A DNA stretch of 64,000 nucleotides from Camelus ferus (Eukaryota), in contig NC_045696.1 in the NCBI RefSeq assembly GCF_009834535.1, positions 18,416,001-18,480,000 of the forward strand, in the 5' to 3' direction. The notes beneath the pieces were generated by a model. It saw only the letters and a program-made list of their open reading frames with translations. It was not told where the DNA came from and made no database searches. Below, one piece after another: positions 54,045 to 64,000 of this stretch (its first letter is position 1; every line of letters starts with the position of its first letter). Position numbers and translations under genes: made by a program.

Positions 54045-55233
54045 TAGTGACAGAACGTCAAGAAGATCACATCTGTGTGATGTTAAATGGTCTGCATCTT
54101 TAATACTCATAAAAAATCATGGCCACACAATTAACACTTTTTTATTATTTTAAGTAAAATCTGATTCTTAGAAATAAGACACTTATTTGAATTAATTTCA
54201 CATTTCTACTTCTGAAAAATCAAAAGCTCCAAAGAGTCAACATACTCACAAACCTGGAGTTGTTATCAAAGTTCTAAAGTGTCACTAAGTTCTGACTTTC
54301 CTTCCTAAGGTGTGTGCACACAAAGGTGTGTGTGTTTAAATTTATTTAGTAAACAGGAGATGGCAGTATCTGACCATTATTTCAAATATGAAGTAATGAA
54401 ATTATCTAGCATTTTAAGTCTCAAAATGTATCATACACACATCCACAACATCCGATATGATTTAACAATTTAGAGTAAAACTTTATATATTTAATTTGAA
54501 GAAATTGTTAGAAAAAAAAACAAAGATCTCATTTGCCTTTGTGCGTTGATAGGAGACATTGTCAACCAAAAAAGCTGTGTCTTTGTAAGTCGGATAATAA
54601 ACACATGAAAATATTTAGAAAGACTTACAAAAGCCTGCACTTTCAGGAAAGTTGTACTCTTTATGCCTTGTGGGCATTTGTAAATTTGATGGATAAAATT
54701 CTAATATATTTACTGCTATGTAAGCCATTTAACAATGGTTTTAAAATATATACATAATTAAATTTAGGGATAGTGGCTATCAATTGGCAAAGAAGGAAAG
54801 TAAATGGAAAGAAAGTGTGACCATCACCAACCAACTTGCTATTTTAGTCTGTGTAAGTTAATAGTTATTCATAGCTGTGGCCCACATCGCTGATCATTTC
54901 TCAAAATAATTTGTCCTTGCTTTTTCTTGCTCTCACAGTCTCCCTCTATAGAAATGAACAATGCCAGGCCCTCAAACTATTGTCCTCCTTTTCACTAGAC
55001 CGTGAATCACCTTCTGGGAGCAGGGGATGGGTGACTGGGAGACTTCTGAGACTGAGTTTTCCTCCTGATGAAAGAGACTCATATCTGAAGAAGGTAGCTT
55101 TCTTTTCCTGTGTTTTCTCAATGAGAGCATATTCTTGGAGCTTCCATGGTCATATTACAAACATAGTAGAGAAGGGGGGCCACACAGTTCACAGGAAAAC
55201 TGATCCAGATATTGTATATTTTTGTAGCTGCTG

Positions 55234-56302
55234 TAAGAGCTGGCTACAAAATTTTGGTTGCCTAGTGCACAATTAAAAAAAAATAAAATAAACATTGAGA
55301 ACCCTTCTTCATAAAAGGGAAATAAAATCATTGTTAAAGGTAATTTTAAAAAAAAAAGGTAATAAAATATAAAGCTTTTCCTTTTTTCTCATGGCCTCTC
55401 TCAATTTGTCATAATGTTTTCTATTTGTAATTTAATGTAATTCAAAGTAAATAAACACTATTACTGAAAATTTTTAGCATGACCTTTCCCACTTATTCTT
55501 ATACAATTCCAATTTTAATTGTAAACTTAAGAGCACTTTGCAAGTATTTAGAATCGCTAAAATGACACAATTCATGTCCCATAGCTAGCGCTTGCTTATA
55601 TATTTAACTCTTAACCAAAATAGTAAAAACTGCACAAAACTAAGTCAGTCATTTTATTTCACTTCTTGATATATGCTTACTCTGCACTCTTTCCTTTCAT
55701 GTTATTAAAGAGTAAGAAAGAACTGAAAGAAAAAGAACTGTGATTCACTCTGTCTTTCCCTTTCCTTCTACGTCATCATCTTCAGCGTACATGGTTGGAT
55801 AGTCATGGAAGTGACGAGCGAGAAAAGATGTGATAGGTTTCCTTAGGCATATATGTCTCTTAGAACACCACTGTATTTGCTTTTGAAGCAAGTTCTCACT
55901 TGAACAGAAAGTGGAGTCTCTTGGAACTATCAATGCACCTACTTAATTGTAGACATAACATATTTACCTTATGCTTGCTTTGTCTCTCTGACTCCCACAC
56001 ATAGTGGATCCACTGGAATTCCATGTTTTGGGGGACATCACGAATGGCTGTGTGAATGGATGATCAAGGAACATCAGGGTGTGGTGGCAGAAAATGGCAG
56101 ACGGATGTATCACATGTGGCTCCATCTGTTACTTGTATGCTCCATGCCTCATAGGACTTCACCTTCAAAGCATAAGTTCTAAGAAAACAGTTATTAAGAA
56201 CTGTAAGATGGTGACAGCTCATTATTAAACCAAGCCTGGTGCCCTTATGAGTGTGGTGCCTTACATGACTGTGTTAGTCACAAATCTATGAAAACAGATC
56301 TA
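55234..56302. mobile_element. MER45B-like hAT-Tip100 element
   Basis: agagctggctacaaaattttggttgcctagtgcac ... aagcctggtgcccttatgagtgtggtgcc...ctatgaaaacagatc; about 1.07 kb. Confidence 0.75.
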
Positions 56303-56384
56303 CCACTGAACTTTATCTTGAAATTACACGTGGGTGAAAAAATTAACATCTTTTGTTTAAGCCCCTTATTGTTAGACTGCTGGA

Positions 56385-56863
56385 TATTCTCTGTTTACCC
56401 TCCAGGTCCAACATGCACAAACTCTACCTTGTCCAAACTCTGTGTGCCCCAGATAGTTAATGACTTCCATACAGAAATGCCAATAATTTCTCACCTTTTT
56501 CTTCCGTTGGTTTGAGCAAAGAGAAGTACAGATAGTGATTACAGGCTGTGAGGGAAGAGAGTTCAGGGTACTTTTACCCTCCTCTTCGATCACCTAATGA
56601 TGTTTTAGCAATGACTGTGTTTCTCTCCTGAAGACTTCAGCTTTGGGTAGGCAGTTCCTACATCCCTGGCACTAGGTACCAGAAATAGCCTCATCAGCCC
56701 TTTCAGGTCTAGAGGTGATAAATGCTTTCTGATGTTCTTGGGAGCCTGGCAATTCCTTGTCTGTTCTTCTTATTCTTCCCACCCTTTAGTAAATGATCCT
56801 TTCATTAGCTTTTTCTAATCCTTGACTGTCTCATCACTTTGCTTTTAGAATTCTTAGTGATGC
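56385..56863 (+). mobile_element. LTR33-like ERVL LTR
   Basis: ccctttcaggtctagaggtgataa...cccaccctttagtaaatgatcctttcatta. Confidence 0.6.
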
Positions 56864-56909
56864 AGTTGGTGATACCATGCCCTTCATGAAGCCAAAAGCA
56901 TCCGAACTC

Positions 56910-57410
56910 CTGTAGCAATATTACCCAGATGCTGCTAATGCCTCCTAGACAACAGAACATTGGAACAATACCTGTGTTAAAAGTTGGGTGTATTAGCTCA
57001 TTGCAAGAGAGACCATGCAGTACAGGGATTTATGGGAATCTAGCAAATAGGTTGTTAGAAAAACTTATAGCCTGTGGGCTTGTGTAGTGACTTTGGAACT
57101 GGTTCATAAAGCAAGATTTGCTCTGAATGTGTGGTGTTAGGAAAGAGGGGTTAAGAATAAGGAGAGGCGAATGTTTGGTATCTTTGTGCAGTTGAACAGT
57201 GACTGTTTTTGTCTGAGGTCTTAGCTTTGGTATCACTTCATCACGGTGCACACTGTGAACTTGCTGACAGTGTTCTGTGAGGCTGTCCACCTTCTGCAAG
57301 AGAACACTACAGCCTATGTGAGTGCCAAGTACCTTCTAACAACACCAAGGTCTAGCAGTTACGGTCAGGTCAGTTACCATCAGGTTGGTTACCGGATACT
57401 AGGTGCTGTA
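56910..57410 (-). mobile_element. Old LTR-like element
   Basis: aaaagttgggtgtattagctcattgcaagagag...; family uncertain. Confidence 0.4.
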
Positions 57411-57959
57411 TTTTTTTTCCCACTACTTACTTATTTAATCACAGCCTACTCATATCTTTTTGTGTTCAACTCAAGCAGTGCCAAACTCTATTAATACATT
57501 TACAACTGATTTTTATTCATTTTATCAAATATAACATTTCCTCTCTGCCTCACATAAGTACTTACACATCAAATTTGTTTTGTTTTGTTTTTACTTTTTT
57601 TTTATTAACTTCAACTCCTCATAGATTGCAAATTCATACAAATTACTAAAGAATCACATTTTTATTTCAGTCTTCCAAAATACAGTGTTTCGTATGTAGT
57701 ATATATGTGCATGTGTTTACCTTAATGAATGCTTTTTAAATAAACGCTGATCTCAAGCAAACAATGATTGCAGATGGATTCAAAAAGAAGGGAAGCTGCC
57801 CTTTAGTAATGTACGTATTTTCACAAAATTTATCTTGGTAACCATAAACATACACGTTCGTGTTTCTCACAAACCAAATTTATTAGCAAGTTTAGAAAAT
57901 AAAAAACATGTTCTTAGACTACTATATGTTTTTAATGGATCTGTTAAATTAACACTTGT

Positions 57960-58475
57960 TACGTGGAGTGTAGGGTAAAGGACGGTGAGAAACTTTTCAA
58001 CAAAAGACCAGAAGTAAAGCTAAAAGAGGGAAGTTCATCATTCACAGGTTTTAGAGGAAGTATCTGCAAAACCTTGAGGGGCCAGAGAGGGAGGTCAAGG
58101 CAAAGTGCAGACAGAGAAAGGGGCAGGACCTGAGGCACGTGCCTTTATTGGCATCTTTGGGTGGCTCTGGGGTTCCTAGATAAGGTCTGATCATCCATTT
58201 AAACCAAAAGAATGAAGTTTTGGAAAGTCCCAGTGGGGTGTTATCTGACGGGAGCACAGGGGAAGGCACTGGGAAGTAGTGAGACTGTAGATTATAAGGG
58301 TTGTTGGAGAAGTCATATCAGGAACAATTTGTCTGTGGCCCTGCAGGCTGTTACCTAGGGCATGTGCTCACACAAAGAGGGTAATGTCAGTTTAATGTCT
58401 CTGTAGCCCACTTGGTCAAACAAAATGGAGGCCAAGGCAGCAAAACCATGGAGTAGGTTAGCTAAGCTCTCCACA
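57960..58475 (-). mobile_element. Solo ERV1-like LTR
   Basis: Short terminal inverted repeat gtggag...ctccaca; aaacaaaatggaggccaagg; gcctttattgg. Confidence 0.65.
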
Positions 58476-59539
58476 TTGTTCCATTATGTATGGAATTTAT
58501 GAGGATATGATGATCAATGGGAAAGATAAATATAAATGTCTGGAAAGGTATTGCTCAGCCAATACGTTACTACATTAAGATCTTTAAGGTTTTGATTTTA
58601 ATAGGATGTAGGCTTATAGCATCTCATGGAAAAGATTGTTCTCTGAGAAATTTTTAAGATAATGAGCCTGAACTAATAAAAATTATACTTAACATTATGG
58701 TGATACTTTCTGCAAAGCAAGTAAGTTAATGTTTGCTGTTTGTAAATATGCACATATGGTTCACAGCATCAGCTCCTTATTAAAACCCAAAGGGAAGATG
58801 CAAATACGTTGATACTTAGGTCTAAATAAGTGCTTAATTATGTTTCGTGGGTTTCTTATGATGAAAAATACATCATTCATTCTTCTACATTCTCATGTTC
58901 AAGACGTCGTACGTAGTTATTTGCTTTTATTAAGATTTTCCGTGAGTCAAGTGTTTCTAATCTATACTATATTATTCAGCTTCAAATATTCTATCCTTCT
59001 CCATATTGCCAAATGCGAGAGATAATAGGTATTTCTTTATAAATTTCACTGTTGAGACTTCTTTCTTTCGTTATATAAACTACTTCTGTACCTAATGTCA
59101 ACAAAAGCAGAAAGACCTTTATACCTTATAATGGTATAAAGTGACTCCTTTGCCTTACAGAGCACTGTGTTGAGTTGTGAAAACAAGTAAAAGGTCAAGG
59201 GAATAAGATAAATTTGCCTACTAATCAGTCTGTTTGGGGAGATATAATACGATTTTTTAAAAGAGAAAATTGAGCCGCAATTGCAAATAAGACCTGCAGA
59301 TACTTCACAATGTCGTCTTCTCAATCTCATTCCCACTCCCAGGAAACAGAACAATTAAAAAGCAACACCATTTCCTAAGGTGTGTAGCTCTAAAGGAGGG
59401 TACATAAAGTAGTAAAAATGAAAAATGCTACTGAGTGCGTCTATACTATAGTAAAGTAATGGTATGTCTGGTCATATTCTATTAAAATGTTTAGATTAAA
59501 TATGTATAGGCTGGAAGTAAATAAGAGACAAATATAGAA

Positions 59540-60240
59540 ACTTACTACAGAAGAAAAGTATGTAAATTAGCAAAAGAAGGACTAAGAATGTTTTTTTTGA
59601 AGGGACAAGTGACAGAAAAATTCCCTGAAGTGCCTCTTAGGATAAAATTAGAAATGTATGCTAACATGAGCTCAAGCCCTCAAAGATACGATGAGATGAA
59701 AATAGATATGTCAATGCAATTAGAAACTACAGGGAAAGCAGAAATCACTGATAAATTCTAATCATAGGCATGGAGAGGAATATGTATATTATTACAGTTA
59801 GTATGGCAGAAAATTAGAAAAAGACTAAGAAATTGAAGAAATAAAAGTGATTTGGAGAGACCAACAGTATCCAGTATAAGAAATGGCATAGAAAATACAA
59901 TTATTTTTGTACAATAGAGGGGAAAACCATTTTAAAAAAAACAAATCAAGATTATATCATTTAACATATAAGAATTGAAATAGAACTCTCAAGTTAAATA
60001 TATATCCTGGGTAAGTTGTGGAGAGTAATTGATAAAGAGAGTTAGAATATGTCATGCAGAAAATGCCTATTATTCACAGTCTATGGAATGGCATTACTTC
60101 TAACTTTTCACAGGTACATTCAGTGACAAAGGACAATGAACCACTGCCTAAACTGAAGAGAGATCCGAGTATATAACGTTCAGTTTACTTGTCATTAAGA
60201 GACAGACATTCTCAAATGCAAAAAAACTGAACGATCTGTC
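59540..60240 (+). mobile_element. Degenerate L1/HAL1 ORF1-like fragment
   Basis: ataaaagtgatttggagagacc, tacattcagtgacaaaggac, acagacattctcaaatgc. Confidence 0.4.
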
Positions 60241-60249
60241 TGTCTGTTG

Positions 60250-60740
60250 GGAGCAGGTTTGTTTTCGGCCCTGTGTGAATCTCACATGTTGTTCCTTCTC
60301 ATCTTTTCAGGTGGTTCTTTCCTAGATTTATGTATTTTCCTCACAAGCATGTGATGATTTATACTCAGCTGAATACTCTGGGTAGAGCCTTTAGAGATCT
60401 CTGGAGTTTTCTTTCTTTGCAGTTTTTTCCTCTCCTGTACTTTTCCTTGTACATTCTTAGTGCATTGGCTTCCCTGGTCTTCCAACTCTGTCTTCTCACC
60501 TCTAAGTAGACTTCCAGAGACTTCCTGGGTGCCACCTTTCTGTATTATGGCTTATAGACTTTCTCTAGGCAATCGGTTGGGACAATCAACTAGGCTTACC
60601 TTGTCTGTTTCCTTTCATTGTTCAGTGCTCTTCGTTGCCTGATAGCCAATGACATGAGAGCTATTTATTCATATTATTTGCCACTTTTTTTGAGTGGATA
60701 AGTAAATCTGGTCTCTGTTACTTCATATTGGCCACAAGAA
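60250..60740 (-). mobile_element. L1M/HAL1-like 5' region fragment
   Basis: tactcagctgaatactctgggtagagcctttagagatctctggag; aagtaaatctggtctctgttact. Confidence 0.55.
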
Positions 60741-61499
60741 ATCATATATTCTTAATCTTTGAGTCAAGGATACTTTATATATTATAACCGCCCCCCCCCC
60801 TTAAGTTTTATAATAAAGCAAGAATGAAAGGAAGGAGAATGAGTAGAAGAGAGGAAGTTATTTTCTCAATTCCACCAAATCCCTGATATCCAATGGTTGT
60901 GGACATTCTGCAGTTCAGCTTCAGAACTTGTGGAGTGCAAGCAGGAACATCATACTGCACTTTCATCATGTTTATTTTTATATATCCCCATCGTTAACTA
61001 GTCCTTACTAAGTAAGAAGAAAATACTGTTTGTAGTCCATGGACAAGTTAAGAAAATAGATAGCTCATCCTATCTACCCTTTTATAATTATTAAGTGACC
61101 TTATGATTGTCTTGAGAATTGTGGAAAAACAAGCAACTTTAAGAAGGCCAAGGAAATGTAAAAATTGCACACTTATCATAGTCTCAACGTGGGTGTAAGT
61201 TTCCATATTGGGATGCCTGCCCTTTTGGGAAGCAAAGAACATATGACAGCTACCGGCTATCTGTATGTATTTGTCTTGCATTTACATAAAATTATCATAT
61301 ACTCTTTGATGGCTACATATCACATATGGAATATCCACAGCCTTTGACAAGGGGCATTTTTGTTGCTCTTCTTGCTTTCTTGCTCCGCAGCCGTTAGTCT
61401 CTCCTTTTGTTCTTGTTTCAGTACCTGTATTATTGCCTCTCTTTCACTAACTTTATGCTTTGAAGATTGCATTTTTCCTTAAAAAAAAGGATGCAGTGT

Positions 61500-62490
61500 T
61501 ATAATTATTGATATGGGTAACCTCAACTTCTGTTGGTTAATTAAAACCTATAGTGGTGGCTTACAGTCAATGAAATATAATTACTAAAACCCCTTGTGGT
61601 AAAATAAAAGAAGGAATCAATGACTTATATTGGGAGCACTGCTGAAGTGGATTTTTCACATGTGAATCACTAATTCAGTAGTAGCTTTGGACCAGAAAAC
61701 ATCTATCACCAAAGCATTAAATGTATATTGGTGACAGAAACATATATGATCTGTTAAAAATGCTGTAGAAGTCTAAACTCCTGTAAGTTATGAGATGGAA
61801 GGTAAGAGTTCCTGGTATTGAAATGAGCTCCTGGTGTCACTGAGACGGTAGAATCCTAAACTGTAATAACCAAGAGGTGACACTAAAGCAAAAGTGACAA
61901 AGGACATTCACAGACATCTAAAAGTGGCTGATAAATCACAAGTCATCGAGTTCCTGAGGAAGATATAGATGGGCTTATCACAAATATGCTTTATCACTGT
62001 AATAGAAAGTAGTTTGTAAATGGAATATGAAGACCTAATGGAGCCAATCACAAGCCTGAATCCTCAATTTCCATACTTAGCTCATTTCATAGATTAATTG
62101 CCCATCAATGGAAGGGAATGCCATTCTTGAGAAAGTTCCCTGTGATACCAGTACAGATACTGGAAACTTCCTCCTAGGCTTTGCAAGATGTTACTAACAC
62201 TACTTATCAAGTTTATTCTTAACTGAAGAAATGAGGGTTTCACATAATTTTGAAATGATTAGATCACGAATCTGAGATAATACTAGTCCTTGAGGACACA
62301 GAAGAAAAATGTTGTCTACCAATTAGAGCAGAATCTTATGCATCATATGATAAATGGGGTTTAATTCTAAGTCTTTCACACAATAGATATAAAATAGAAA
62401 ATCAACCTTATTTATTTACCCAGTTTCTTATGGTACAATTTAAATACAAATACTCAAAAACTAGCAGAATATCCACATTAGTGCCATAAA
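61500..62490 (+). pseudogene. Degenerate ERVL/MaLR internal (gag-pro) relic, copy A
   Basis: attagagcagaatcttatg..tgataaatgggg (VRVGAYGGQVING-like); aatactcaaaaactagcagaat. Confidence 0.5.
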
Positions 62491-62599
62491 ATGCAACTTC
62501 TTAGGTTCTGCTTCAGTGAGAAATGCTGATTCTCTTAAATATCCATTCCCCTCTAATTCTCATTACTTCTAGAACTATAAACAGACTCAAACATTAGGA

Positions 62600-64000
62600 A
62601 GTCCAAGAGACAGTTACCAAGTCTAACCTAGGATGAGTACCATACTCACCAAAAGGACTGTAAGTTTCCTCATTCTTTTACTTTCAGAAAATAAAGTAGT
62701 ATATACTAGAATGTTAAAGTAGGGCAGAAAGACTATAATGGTGGACTACTTCAAATCTTTTATTTCCTTATCCTGACTACAATTCTGGACACATTGGTGG
62801 CCTTCATTAAATGAAGGAGTAGAGCTAGAATTGCTCTGATATCTTGTAGAGAAAAGTAGCCAATTGGTGGAATGGACTTATTTGTATGGTTGGCTCAGCC
62901 AGTGTTCCAGAAGACACCCCTTCATGGAGGTTTCTGGAAATACATTGTTGAAGAGAGCGCTGGAATCCTTAACTGTTCTGTGGTGGTTGTTCTCTGCAGC
63001 CCAGGGATGACCATGTGCGATGCTGCATCTATGTAGGTTTCTTGAAAGCTGTGGGAATGAGGGAATCTCAGAATACCATAGGGGAGTTAGTCATTAGGTG
63101 GGCATGATTATTATACTGCGGAGCGGTACCAAAGCACTGCTTAGAATAAATTTATGGAGAGAGATCTTTTGTGGTACCCCTAGGAACGAGATAGTTGTAT
63201 CGTCAATAAAATTGTACTTGACATGCGTAAGGGGGAAATAGCTAGACCTGGCAAATATAGTGGAACACAGGAGAGTCATGCCCCCCACCAAATCCTCAGA
63301 AATGAACAAAGCTGAGGTCAGAATCCCTTGAATGAATGGAGGAGCTGGAGCCCCTGAGAGACCTTGCTATACTTGTAAAATGTTCACAGTAAATATTCAC
63401 TTAGGAATTCACAAAAGGGACATGTGGCCATATACTAACTGAAAAAAGGAAAATACTATAAATTGCTGAGTTATTAGCTACTGGTTATGAATTGATGAAT
63501 TCTTGGTGTGGCAACCAGTCAATACAGGCAACATAAGGACTTATGGTGGTCAGATTATTAATGGAATTTCAGCTCAAGTCCATCTCACTGTAAATCCAGT
63601 GTAATCCTTAACATGCTCTCAATAGTTAATCCCCTTGTCCTAGAATGTATAATAAGAATAGATATACTCAGCCACTGAAAGAATTTATATTTTGTTTCCC
63701 TGAAGACCAACAAAGTAAAGAAAGTTCTGGGCCATTTTCTCAGCATTGCATTTCTTGCAAAATTTTAGAGATTAATGTCACCAAAAGACTTGAAGGGCAT
63801 AGGTGATTAGGACACATAATTTAAATCAAGCTACTTCTCTACAGAAGGTAGAAAGGACCTGGAGAATGGTAGTGGATTATCCTTCTTTTAATTTTACTTT
63901 CTGAAGCAAGTCGGTAGAGACCCCCATTAAACTGTTGATTTTTTTTTTTTTTTTTTTTTTTTTTTGTCTATTCCTGTGAATAAAGACTAACAGAAACCAA
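62600..64000 (+). pseudogene. Degenerate ERVL gag-pro-pol relic, copy B
   Basis: acttatggtggtcagattattaatgg (YGGQIING), gaatgtataataagaatagatatactc (ECII.IDIL), tggagaatggtagtggattat (WRMVVDY), tctattcctgtgaataaagac (SIPVNKD). Confidence 0.75.

Noticed and set aside
61355..61520. Two strong-looking splice acceptors (ccgcag, tttcag)
   Set aside because: No convincing donor or coding frame; adjacent to an ERVL relic.
1..64000. CRISPR arrays, operons, rRNA, non-retroviral viral inserts, NUMTs
   Set aside because: None seen by eye; very degenerate inserts cannot be excluded without a homology search.

Overview
This is AT-rich, CpG-depleted mammalian genomic DNA, not prokaryotic. It is probably from a camelid (camel, alpaca or llama), inferred from two tRNA-derived SINEs and L1 3' ends that resemble camelid-type elements. 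Much of the window is interspersed repeat: young and ancient L1, L2, MIR, solo ERV1, ERVL and MaLR LTRs, degenerate ERVL gag-pro-pol, and Tigger/hAT MITEs, often nested. The ORF-track ORFs I can assign are repeat-derived and the rest look like chance ORFs; none is a credible gene. The only gene-like signal is one candidate 112-nt coding exon on + (11000-11111), possibly spliced to a stop-containing exon at 11880; I could not identify the gene. Best-supported oddities: two 5'-inverted (twin-primed) L1 insertions with TSDs, an exact 46-bp ectopic duplication, a head-to-head SINE pair, a ~24-bp-stem hairpin and a strong CTCF motif. I found no convincing novel biological system. Repeat family names come from recalled consensus sequences and need RepeatMasker/Dfam confirmation; boundaries without TSDs are approximate.
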